This document shows, piece by piece, positions 47,591-59,481 of a stretch of 64,000 nt of DNA; the first letter of the stretch is position 1; each line of letters begins with the position of its first letter. Under the pieces are notes generated by a model. It was not told where the DNA came from. It ran no database searches and saw nothing but the letters and a program-made list of their open reading frames with translations. The DNA lies in assembly GCA_030141605.1 (NCBI GenBank), contig JAQGDQ010000087.1:616324-680323 (forward strand), in the 5' to 3' direction. The position numbers and the translations under genes are program-made. The DNA is from Tubiluchus corallicola. Lineage: Eukaryota > Animalia > Priapulida.

Positions 47591-50351
47591 TTAAATCGAG
47601 TTTTATCTACAGGGCTGTTTTTTGTGTACATTGTGCCATACTTATTACTCTTTATTAACATTGGGATGATGAGGCAGTGACGTTCTACCAGGTGGCGAAA
47701 ACACTTTAATTATTAAGAATATTGTTTTCTTGTTAGCTTTTCAAACAGGTGAGAGTAATGCTCAGTGATGTAACTTTGTACGGAAAGTTTTCTTACACAG
47801 GGTTCAATATTCGTGTTCCCGACCGCATATAAACTTACAATTAAATTAATTTATCAAATATAATAACTTGATAACAATAAGATAACATTAAGATGATAAA
47901 CCAACAGTATGACAGGCTGTAAGCAAAGCTTGCATTAATTTGAAATGTTAATTATAATTTATTAACTACACGCAGATAAATTATGAAAAATTGTTAATTC
48001 AGAGCTAATCAAATTTGTTCCTAGACTAATGTGTTTTCCCTGGCGTGAATAATTAAACATTCACAAATAGTTGAAATAATTTCTTCCTTCTGGAGTCTTA
48101 TGTGATTAATTACCTGTTTGTGCAAGTTTTAATTATCTGTGTTTTATAATATCCTTTCTCCTAACCAGATTCAGTTCAATTCACCACTACCAGGCGGTGC
48201 TGGGGCGCACGTCCTGCGCGTTTCTTCGTCGTGTCAACAGTCACGTGTTCATTTTCCACAGAATTATCAACCATTGCCTAATACGCCAACACTCTTCCTG
48301 GGTCTTGTACAAAAGCAGATCCTAATTAGTTTCGATCGCTGATAATTAGTTTAGCCGATAATTAGTTTTAGGTTTTCTACATCCATTAACAGATTAGGAT
48401 GACAGAATTAAGTTGAACCTTTTACCTTAAATTCTGCTATTACGCGTTAACGTAAACACGTGAAGCCAAGGCACAGGTTCAAGGACGTTGCGATACGTGC
48501 GTGTATGTAAACATGTGTGCAACGATATAATGGCGATAATAAATTGTTTTTTAAAAACCTTGCTTACAGTTATTAAATTATTAATTAAGTATCGAAACAC
48601 TCTCCAGTGTAACAAACGCTATGCATGTTACATTTAGATCCTCAATTAAATCTACATATTCTAGCCTAGACATCATTTGTTACTTAATAACGTAGCTAAA
48701 ACGACAACGTTCTGAAATATTATATTTTAGAAACTTTAGTTAAAAGATTGTAATTTTTTTAAAAGCGTTAGTCAAAAGAATATAAAATTTTTAGAAACAT
48801 AGTTGAAATATTACAAACAACAACTACTAATCACATCTGTTTCATTGTCATTGTAAATGCCATCATTAATTATGCGCATATTTTGAATACTTGTTCTTGT
48901 TTCAATATAAAGGTAAAAGTACATAAATTTAGGAAATTGCTACAAGTTAAACTCAATTCAGTATTTGTTTACGTCGAAAATGCGAAAGTAATTGAACCCA
49001 GGGTTTTCAGTCGCCCAAGACTCAAACTTTTTACGTAATGTTAAAAAGTTAAAAAAACATTCATCGTAATAAAATTAAGCCTTTACGTTTTGAGTACCAT
49101 AGATAAGTATCATTTTTCGACATGGCGCAGAAACTCTCTTCGGCTTGATTTTATGTTTCGAGCGCTAAAAAAATTAAGCATTTTCGACAACTTTGATGTC
49201 AGACACTGACCTGCTTTGTCGCAGGTATTCTTCAGGCACTTCACTGCTGCCTCTGCTGCTGTTTCAGTGATAATGACAATTAAAAATATTCATTAATTAC
49301 AGCCTATGGGCTATTAGTAATTATGTCACTATTACGTCATGTATTACATTGTCATCAACATAAGCTTTTTGAAAGTAAGGGAACTCTATAGTGTTCAAAC
49401 CCACTAATTGACTGGCAACAGCTCGCATATAGTCTCCCATAAGCTGACGTTTGATATGGTAGCGTTTGTATGAGATATAAATAAAAAATGTAAGGTATAT
49501 TAGGCTTGTAATTATTCAGATAATAGTTCGCGAAATTTCAGTAGTTTAGTACAATGACCTTACCTTTTCATGAGTACAAAACACTGTAATTATGCTCGCA
49601 ACGTACAGCCATTCTGGATCAACATATTACAATAATAAGCTGACAACTGTCGCTTGCTTAAAACAGAATTCGTGTCGTATGTCAGGTACAAAATTGCATG
49701 TGTTATTACGAATAAGTGGCGCAGGCTATACTCGCTGCCTTAGCTCGCGTGACAATCATTGCCCCCTATCACTTTGAAACAATTTCTTCTGATAAGCCAA
49801 TTTCCAAGCAATTATACTCTGTCTCAATGCCTGCGTATTGTGACGTCTGACTTACTGCAAAATTCAATTCAGAGTCAGTCAAAGTTACACCTGAAATTAT
49901 TCATTAACTTGTCCACACACAGGCATTCCACACCCACGGAACTGGTTGGAGAATGAAGTGTGTTGGAGTAACGTAACTTTATTTTTTCTGTCATTTAGCT
50001 TTGTATCACACGATCTGTAAGTTTGCAATTTAGTGTTTGTCTTGTTTGCTCGTTACAATGTTTATTTTTGTATTTTTTACACTGTATTTTTATTTAGGTG
50101 GATTGTTGTGTGAACATGATATTAATTTATTATATCGAAACATTACAGATGTTGTGTCTGAATAAAAGCTATGTCTTTGCTTAAAAGGATGCTAGCTACT
50201 ATTTTTTCATATTTATCATATTATCATATTCATCAACTTATTTACTCTCTTTTCCGTTATTTATTTATCTTATAATTACTCTAACTTTACTTCATTTAAA
50301 ATTGAGGGAAGATTAATTGCCCCCTCCTACAGACTCTGGGAAAAAACTTAC

Positions 50352-50392
50352 CGTGTGAAAATAGTCATCAATAATTAACCATAGTTGTAAGG
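50352..50392 (-). CDS. Putative 41-nt (or 47-nt, to 50398) mini-exon of the RKxS-repeat gene
   Basis: ATATCAG|CATCAG| acceptors, donor ACG|GTAAGT; read in phase 1 it gives (A)LQLWLIIDDYFHT and exits in phase 0. Confidence 0.5.
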
Positions 50393-50612
50393 CTGATGCT
50401 GATATTTTAAATCAATGCACCTCTTTTATATTAGCTCTAATATTCTTTGCAAAAATTTTAGTTTTTGCTCTTATGATGTCAAACGCGTTCTGTTTAAATC
50501 TCATTGGTCAGATTTTTACTGTTGTAACTTCTGGATCAATTTTAAATCTTGGTACTGTATTAGAAAATTAAAAACAGCTTACTGTTTTGCATTGACAAAG
50601 ATTTTTGCTTAC

Positions 50613-50631
50613 CGTAGGGGCACCGCAGCAT
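50613..50631 (-). CDS. Putative 19-nt micro-exon of the RKxS-repeat gene
   Basis: TATTCTAG|ATGCTGCGGTGCCCCTACG|GTAAGC; a GC-rich island in AT-rich sequence; encodes MLRCPY + 1 nt. Confidence 0.55.
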
Positions 50632-52047
50632 CTAGAATACGTGTAGAGAATACTTATAATCATTTTAAAGTGAGATTACGTAAAACTGCTATTAGCTTTC
50701 ATCAGCGTGTTTTAAATTTAAGCAATGAAGTCACACGCAGTTTTGTTCTTGATGTCGTTTTAACTTCAGCTATTTTTGCCTACTTACTAACCCTTTTTTA
50801 AAATATTTAGCTTACTAATCGTCTGTCCTTTGTGTAAACATTTATTTTATTTGTCTAGTAGTTTTTATAAGGATTTCACTAATTTTGTTTACTGTTCTGT
50901 GTTTGTTTACTTGTCATGCACTGAAATAAACGTGGACTAAATAATAAAAGATAAATATATATTGTTCTTATAAGTGCTTTTTCTGATTTACACAACAGTA
51001 ATCACTACGAAATAGATAAAACTAGAATATTTTCAAGACCCTTCAAGAAAATTGTAATTCTTGCCAAACCCTTATGCCTGTGTATGCTCGAACCACAGTA
51101 AAAATGGTAGAGCATGAAGAGGGTGCCTTCTGTGGTTCAATTAGTCCAACAATTTAGTGAATTTTTAACCTAAATTCGGGGTTTCTGGCCTGACTCTGCA
51201 TTCAAAATTGTAAAAAAAAGCAGTGAAACGTCGCCATGACACATTTCCAAAAGTAACGTCATAATTAACACTCCAGTTAAGTTCCTTATAAAACATAAAT
51301 GGAATTTTACAGATTTATTTCATCACTATAGTAACTGGGTGAGGCGTTAATACAAAATTTCCTGTTAAAAGTTACGCTGTTGACTAACTAAGCCGACTCT
51401 AACGCTTTCAAGCGGTTTTATCACAGTGCAAACAAAGAACAACCTCCTTTACACTTTAAACTTTATTACGGCATCGTATTATATAGCTTTCTTTACAAAA
51501 TAAAAGATAGGGCTCTATAAAATATAGAGAAAGAATCATTATCTGTGCCAAATAGCTCATTATTAATTTATTACACATACTGTTTTTAGTTCAACTGCTG
51601 GGTAAAGACAATTGGATAAAATTTTCCGCAGAGGACTTGTCTTGCGCAAGAATTGCGCTAAAAGCTGATTCAGTTGAAGTTAATCAATGGCTATAATAAG
51701 TCAGTAAAAAGATAATAATAGACCTCACAGTTCTGCCTGTGAGCGATCAACAAAAAAGCTAATAAGCTACAGTGTAGCAGCTGAACTTCCATAGATCTTA
51801 AAAGTAAAATGTAGGCGTGTTCGCAACATTTGTTGAAAAAGGCGAAATGGAAAAAATGAAGTCAAATATGCAGCAATGTCTGATGTTTTGACAAGCGTCA
51901 AAAAGACGACATTTTTCTTGAAAGACAAATACATTAATTATTCACAGCCATTTAACGAATTTTCATGGGCCACGTCCATGGTCGGCGAAATTCAGCTTAC
52001 AACTGCTAGATGGTAGACAAAGTGATTTTACGTTTTTTTTGAAAAAG

Positions 52048-52325
52048 TAGTAGTAGTTGAAGTAGTGATAGTAGTAGTAGCAGAACCAATTGCAGTAGCA
52101 GTACCACCAGTAATAGCAGCAACGCTAGCAGTAGCAATTGCAGTAGCAGCAGCAACAGTAGCAGTACCACCAGTAACAGCAGCAACGCTAGCAGGAGCAA
52201 TTGCAGTAGCAGCAGCGTCAGTAGCAGTAGCAGTAACAATTACAGTAATAGCACCAAAAGTCTGCTATAAGCAGTAGCAGTAGCAACAGTAGCAGCACCA
52301 GCCGCACCAGCAGTAGCAACAGTAC
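52048..52325. repeat. Degenerate (GCA/GTA)n repeat with an internal ~60-bp duplication
   Basis: GCAGTAGCAGTACCACCAGTAA.AGCAGCAACGCTAGCAG.AGCAATTGCAGTAGCAGCAGC occurs twice. Confidence 0.85.
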
Positions 52326-52520
52326 TGGTCAACTGGCCTGCTCTTAAGTTGCAGCTGCCCGCGTACTAACGAATATATTTGCTGTGCGATTTAATTTGAT
52401 CGCATTCTGAGCCAGCTATAATCTAATTGCTCATTTATGCTAAGAATATTACTTAACCAGTATGTGCACACAGTTTATCTAGACGCCTAGTCCGATATCC
52501 ATGCGCCGGGGATAGCTCTG

Positions 52521-52896
52521 CTTCTGTTTGGCCATAGCTTACACAACTGCATGACTGTTTAGCTAACTTCTGTTTGGCCATAGCTTACACAACTGCATGA
52601 CTGTTTAGCTAACTTCTGTTTGGCCATAGCTTACACAACTGCATGACTGTTTAGCTAACTTCTGTTTGGCTGTAGCTCACACAACTGCATGACTGTTTGG
52701 CTAACTTCTGCTTGGCCATAGCTTACACGACTGCATGGCTGCTTAGCTAACTTCTTCTTGGCTGTAGCTCACACAACTGCATGACTGTTTAGTTAACTAC
52801 CATTTGGCCATAGCTTACACAACTGCATGGCTGTTTAGCTAACTTCTGCTTGGCTGTAGCTCACACAACTGCATGACTGTTTAGGTAACTTCTGTT
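52521..52896. repeat. 46-bp minisatellite, 8 full copies
   Basis: CTTCTGTTTGGCCATAGCTTACACAACTGCATGACTGTTTAGCTAA at 52521, 52567, 52613, 52659, 52705, 52751, 52797, 52843. Confidence 0.97.
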
Positions 52897-53171
52897 CAGA
52901 CAGTTTAGAGATTCTATTAAATATCATAAGTTAATAAGGCGCTTAGAAGTATTTTAGAAGTATGAGCGTTATGTCTACAGGGAAAAACCAAGAAAGCAGC
53001 GTAATGGCAAAGCAAATTGTTATTGTGGAGTCTAAAAAATAATGAAAGGTGAGTTGCTGTGATGAAAGAATTCTATGGCGTAGAAGTTTCTGAAACTGAA
53101 GCATTCGTTGTTAGGTACATGGTAGTTTTCATTTTTTACAAATACTGCATTTCCCATGCCCTGTGGTGTGC

Positions 53172-54842
53172 GCTCGTGATGAATACTAGAAGAATTGAGT
53201 TGAAACCTGCAGCAGGAATGCGCTGAAACCTATAGTAGGCAAGCATGCTGTGGCATACAATTAAGCAATGATGCGACGTAAAAACTCAGCTCAATTCCAA
53301 TCTTTCTTTTTGTTATACTGTAGTTTAATTAGTTTAAACTAGTAATTGTAATGTCAGAAGCTAACTATTATAGTAACTATTGCTTTTAATAATATTATTT
53401 TGTTTTCCATAATTACTGTTTCATAAAACCATTTAGTTATAACCGTAGACCATTGCCTGGCTTCTGCCACTGTTTCCTTCCTATGGATAAACTTCATAAT
53501 AACCACTTTATTCGCCGTCGCATAACTTCTTCCCAAAGGACGTCATATGATAAGCACTTAATGCAGCTCAAGCAAATAATGTCCAAGTAAAAGATTCCCC
53601 GGTTGCCAAAACGTCAGTGTCAAGTCTTCACCTTGCAACCTAACTTTGACCAAATAGTTACAAATCTTGAAATCCATTAGATTATGGTAACTGATGCGAT
53701 AATTCTACAAATTACAATTTTTCCCTTAACTTATGTTTCTCGTCTTTCGTCTCTCATTATAAAAGTTTAACGAGAATAATGCAGAAAATACTCGCCAGCA
53801 ATATACTCATGTATTAGGTGTAACATGCCCCATGGGGCCATGACTGTACAGCTTGTAAAATATTTTGACTGTTTCTTTCTTCCCGTCTTATTTTACCCCC
53901 CACTTTTCCACCTTATGAGCCACTAGAAGCTATTTGGTTTAGTTTAGTTTAGTTTAGTTTATTTCCAAAATGTCATAAGTACAACATTGTTACATATTTC
54001 ACAAATAAGTTGTTACTACAACAAAATAAAACAAAATTTAAATTCACCAGTTATTGATATTTCCATATGTTTGCATATAACATTTAGCCGAAAAGAAAAC
54101 TGATAAATTAAATTTAATAATACGTTACATATGACACCCGTAATCAAGGTGCAGACAGAATAAAGTCGGCTCTTAAATGCCAAAAGCCTAAAATGTGCGC
54201 ATGCATTACTATTTCGATGTTGGCTTCCTCTTACGTCTTTCAATTAAACTGACGGCTTCTAAAGGTGACCCGCCGCGTATATCACTTTCAGACGCAAATA
54301 TAAAAATGTGCTAACTTAACTAGAATAAAACACGAAAAAAGTTTACCGGTACATGAATATGAATCATTATCAAGTTTGCGATTATTATTCACATCATTAA
54401 AGTATGTTTGCAAAACTAAACTTAAAATCTGCATTATAAATTGTGCAAAAAAGCTAGTCACGCCGTAATATAAAGCGGAGAAATCTTACACCCTCTTTCT
54501 CTTGTCTGTAAGGCTTAAACATAATGCTGATACGATATTTATAACACACGGTGTCTCATTTCCTTGTTTTAATTATTTCACTTAATAGCAAGCTAGGCCG
54601 ATTATCAACGAAAATTGTATTTGTATCTAATTACTATCGGCTCAACTTTTTGCAGTAAATTTGCTGAAATTACCTTCAGAATGATTAACGGGAAACAGAC
54701 AATGTGCATAGGATGCACGCAGGTACACGCTCATGCAAAATCAATATGAAGTTTAACTTGTAGTTGTGGCTGTTTTATATAAATAGAATGTCAAAGCTTG
54801 TAATTCCGATCACGTCACTAAAAAACTATTAAACACTGCTTC
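53172..54842 (+). repeat. Segment B, copy 1 (triplicated segment)
   Basis: Reverse complement of 61573-63249 (about 8 substitutions plus a poly-C length change seen by eye); its start recurs in direct orientation at 63653-64000. Confidence 0.97.
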
Positions 54843-54974
54843 TACGTTAATCAAAATTAATCTGATGACAAGAAAACGAATTAAGACCAAGAATTATACG
54901 GCGCGTCTCACAATCAGAAAACAGTGCGCAAATTTGTAGTAGCAAACAATGGCCTTTCTAATCATTAGATGAAA

Positions 54975-55560
54975 CGAAAACCGGACCCTATTTTAAGCTA
55001 TAGATCAAAACATCTACCCTATAAATTATTGAAAGGGAACATGCTATTTTTTTCAAGAGTGGTTTACCTGAAAGAATTATTACCGCAGAATAGTTATTTC
55101 GCGTTCGCATTTCACCATGCACTAGTTAGATGGGCACTAGCGCCTGCATCTCGGAAACGCACAAAAACAACTGTATTTCTCATTTCAGAGGTGTTCAGTT
55201 GTGACGCAGTGCACATGTTCGGTAGCTCATGCGTGAGCACAGCTGTGGACTTTAAATTTGAATTTTAACTTTAAAAATTGCAGATTTTTTGTGTAACGTA
55301 CTGAATGGCTGTACAAACGCCAACTTTCACTTTTGCAAACATGTGCTCATGGAATTGTTGTGCTGTTGAAAATTATGTTCAGAATTTTATGTTGAAAATT
55401 ATATTGAAAGTTGTGATGCCATCACGGCCTGTCGTTAGTTAAGTTTTTAACTTATTATTTAATTACCAGAAACATTTTAGCATTATTATAGACCTTGGAA
55501 CGTATCATTTTTACCGTACTTCAAAATGGGGTAGAATATGAGAAATCATGCTGTATTCCT
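54975..55560 (+). mobile_element. Second copy of the 46908-47590 DNA-transposon family
   Basis: GAAAACCGGACCC.AT.TTAA, CCGTTAATTAAGTTT.TAACTTATTATTTTAATTA.CAGAAACA and GTACTTCAAAATG.GGT are shared; internal indels. Confidence 0.7.
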
Positions 55561-56447
55561 TGAAAGTGAGCAGCACTTAGTCATTAATTTTATAAATTTC
55601 AACGTTTATTTTGGTTGTCACTGGGCGGCATTAGATTCGAAGTCCTTTAAGCTGCGAAAATGCCGTAGCTGCTAAATATGGTTTTCCAACAAATTTCAAA
55701 AATTACAAACTAAATAAGATATGCATATAGATGCGTGATTACCAGACGATTATTATACAGAAAATACTTGCCTGTATATTTGTGATTCAACCTGGTTACC
55801 GAATCAAATGTATGACGCGGCAACCTAGGCAAAGAACTGCTAAAGAGTGACCTGATGATGTGTGACCGAATCTGCACAACATTTTTCTGCAACTTAAAAA
55901 AGCAGTACAAACGAGGAAACGAAAACGTTCATTTTTGTATTCAACCCAGTTGTAGCGAAACTATATTCAGTTTAACAGTCTTTACATGAATTACAAGACG
56001 TGCAATATGTGCTCCTGCGAGCAAGTGATATCAATTATAAGACAAAATATTGCGTTGAAACGTTTGTTGTTTTAAATACATTTTACGCTAAGGGAATGCA
56101 TTTGTGGGAAGGATGTATGTTTACACTGATTTCACGTATAAAACCTTGTCATGTGAAAGTCACAACGAACAATCGTAGATTTCTTTACCACTAGCCTCAG
56201 CAATTCATCAATACGGCTTATTGGCCTCTAATAGGCCTAGCCACTGTAGGCTACGCTCCGCTGATTTTGCGAAGAAACGGATTCTGGGTTCGTTCATTTT
56301 TTTCGGTTTTCCTTACTCTTGAAATAAAATTGAGTTTTGGTTCAATGTTTAAGCTTTTTAAAAATGAAACTTACAGAACGAGGAATTTATTGCGCTCTTA
56401 TTCAAAATACAAGTGACACAAGACGCTGTTATTAGCTGTTTAGTTAT

Positions 56448-56700
56448 TTAAAGCACGAGGAAAAAGAAAACCTTTACTTGCACAGAGCTTGGAAAATTCG
56501 TCTTGAAATTTTGTATCACCTACGTACCGTCTTATTGCATACAGAGCTTGTATTAGCAGTAAAACTGTATAAAACTTGAAAATTTACATTCTCGCGATGA
56601 CCACTAGCCATTTTGACAGTAGGTCGTTTGTAACAAGTTTAGATAACATTGAAGGAAGTTTTAAATAATAACCAATGCATGCCTAACGCTCTCTTCACCA
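56448..56700 (+). mobile_element. Copy of the element at 5407-5650
   Basis: Collinear similarity starting at TTAAAGCAC. Confidence 0.65.
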
Positions 56701-58722
56701 AGTAAGCAAAAGTGTAAATTGGTATATCTTGTCAATAAGATTAAAAACATGTTTTTTGGTGAATCAATGGTTCACATTGGTATGGTGAGACAGTGACGTT
56801 TTGCCAGTTGGCGAAAACGCTTTAGATTAGTAAAATTTTTCTTTTGTAGTTGCATAAGTCTTTTAAGCAGGTAAGGATTATGGTAAGTAATGTAATTTGT
56901 TTGGAAAGTTTTTAAGATGTAATTTAAAATTGTCTTTCTTGTGTAAGATTTTTTACACACAAAAATTTGTAGTTTGTATGGAAAGTTGACGGAAGTTTTA
57001 ACCCAATTATAGTCGATAAAGAACGTTATGTAAATAATTATTTTTATGTAAATAATCGGCTGAAAATAAATTTCTACTTACTTTCTTACTAGTTGACGTA
57101 ACTACGTTTAGACAGCCAATACAAGGAGTACGTCTCTGAAGCAGCAGAATCGTATAAAATGATAAGTTTAGCACTTGGTGAAGAAAGTAGATATTAAAAA
57201 TAAATTGCCCGTCTAATGAAACGAAGGTAATACCTTTAGGGGATGATAATACCAACCTAATCAAATTGAACAAGTTGAAATGGGAAAGACGAAAAGCAAG
57301 AAACATATTACAATGCTGCAGAGTAGAACACAATAATTAATTTGCGGTTTTTTTGACAAGAACAAGAGACTGGGTGGGTTTAAAGCATATCTGTAAAAGA
57401 TTCTAGTAAATACGAGTCATTCGTACTTTTACATTCTAATGCCAAGTTTGATTAAAAAGAGTCATCTGCCTGCCTGTAAAACACAGCTATATTAGGTATT
57501 TAAAAGTGATAACGCGTGGAATTTTATTCTTCTCAGCGCAAGGCAATCCTTGAGCCACCCGGTTTATTAAAAGGTTGTGTTAAATACATCAGAAACGTTT
57601 TTACCGAATTACCTGCATTGACTCTTGTTGCGGTTTTATTTTTGAAACGTTTCTCATAAATAATGTGACTAAAAATCGATAAAATACAACAAAAATGTGC
57701 TTATTCTACTGATAAACCTGAAAATTATTACTAAGAAGGAAAGGTTGCAAACACCTAATAGTAAAATCTTGTATTAAAATACGCCTTACAGTAAGTAACA
57801 TAAACGGAGTAACGCCTTGTAATTTTATCGCAACAACTTTTGCCACAAACAAACAGGTCTGTAATAATTCAAATCAGTAAATCTCTGAGCTCCATCTCAC
57901 ACGCCGTTGACGAAAATAATTATAAATTCATTATATGAATTAAAATCTATAGATCCCCAATGTGGAAAAGTTGAAATAAATTTCTTGACTTAATTTGCAT
58001 GAAATTATTTTACGTTGCAGGTATGACTGATTTGCACGCCAATTATAGTCACAATGCGTTTATTGAACGCATCCATATTACAGCAATCTATTGCTCATTA
58101 TTGAATACGCAAAGCGTTGGACAAATCGATTCCTTAATTGCGGCTGTAAATGCCTTTCTTTTTGCAGGGTTTACCCTGATCTTGAAAATGTGCGTGCACA
58201 GTCATTGAACGTTTAGATGCAAGTAACTACAACTAAGTAATAAATGGATTTTTTCTAAGTAAATTCGCATGAAAATCTATGAAATTTTCATATTTTGAAT
58301 TTAAAACTGCAACCACACAGTCGTTGTTAACTATTGGTGTATGATAAAGTGTTACCAATTGATGATGACGATGATTACCTTTTCATTTTAAACACATATT
58401 TACATAAATGGGCCTCTAGTTGCAGGCAAAGTTTAACTTAATTATAAGTACACCTATGTACGTTGATACATTAATTATACAATGTTAAATATATGTATAA
58501 TTTTCATTTGAAATCTATCTACTCGTTGAAAATGCCATCCATAACTAACACAGTTGTTACTAAGATCGTCAAAAATTATAGCACGAATAAAAGTTTTCAT
58601 CAAAAACTCCGCTACTCAAAAAATAGGTTATATATTAAACCTGCAAAATTTTCTTTTGTTTTGATGAGGTGTAATTAAGGTAATTATGGCAGGCAAATTA
58701 AGACAAAATTCATGTTACTTAC

Positions 58723-59481
58723 AAACTTTATTCTTTGCCATAACCCTGGTTTTGGTTGTTGAGGCTGTCCAGTTATGCGATGAATATAGGGCCTGAAATA
58801 AGTGCCAACACTTTCATAAAAAGTGGCGTCCTGTTTGGACTGTGCCTGCGGTTGTCTTCCCTGTATGCTATCCCGCTTTCCGGCGAAAAAACTCTTGAAC
58901 TTTTGCCAGGTAGTCGGCGGTGGCGGTGGTGGATCGGGCTGCGGTGTTATTATTGACGACAACGCGTGCAGTTGCAAGCTTATACTATTACGCACGTGGT
59001 CAAAATAAGATGGCGAGGGGGCTAGTCCCTCTCCAGTTTGTGTATCACAGCTGCTTTTTCTACTATCTGTCCCATCTCGATCCGAAGAGAAAGGGTTAAA
59101 GAACGAAGCGCTTGAGCTTTTTCTTGGTCCCTGCGCACTCGGAGACAGTGAAACATTCGAACCCTTCCTAGCACCTAGGTAACACGTCGGTGGCGTCAGC
59201 GAGTGAGTTGAACTTTTCCTATATTCCATCAGGTTTCCAGGTGACAGATTACCACCTGAGCCTTTCCTAGGCATGTGTGACGCTGGAGGCATTAGCGTAC
59301 AGCCACCCGATCCTTTTCTGGGAGTGTACGTACTCGTTGTCACCTGTAGCGAACCCCCGGATAACTTCCTAGCCGTGTTGGCTATGGGTGCTAGTGACAC
59401 GTATGAATGTCGCCGCGGTATGTTACCTGAACTTGGTGATAACACTGTCGTGTTCGTTTTCTTTGATGCGGCTGCCGCCAT
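58723..59481 (-). CDS. First coding exon (253 aa) of an unrecognised Ser/Pro/Gly-rich protein with periodic R-[RK]-x-S motifs
   Basis: Long GC-rich ORF, GAC-ATG-G start with an in-frame TGA 25 codons upstream; donor TTT|GTAAGT at 58722 (phase 0) after ...PGLWQRIKF. The last 12 aa of the track ORF are intronic. Confidence 0.85.

Noticed and set aside
52006-52277. Leu-rich and Ala/Val-rich ORFs resembling membrane proteins
   Set aside because: Degenerate trinucleotide repeat, open on both strands, with no splice support.
52521-52896. 46-bp repeats as a CRISPR array
   Set aside because: Units are head-to-tail with no unique spacers, there are no cas genes, and the context is eukaryotic.
53354-54243. 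ORFs duplicated at 62172-62399 and 62885-63067 as conserved small genes
   Set aside because: Their identity reflects the recent segmental inversion; non-ATG starts, AT-rich, no recognisable domain.
58684-58722. C-terminal VSNMNFVLICLP of the 265-aa track ORF
   Set aside because: It begins exactly at a consensus GTAAGT donor and composition turns AT-rich; treated as intron.
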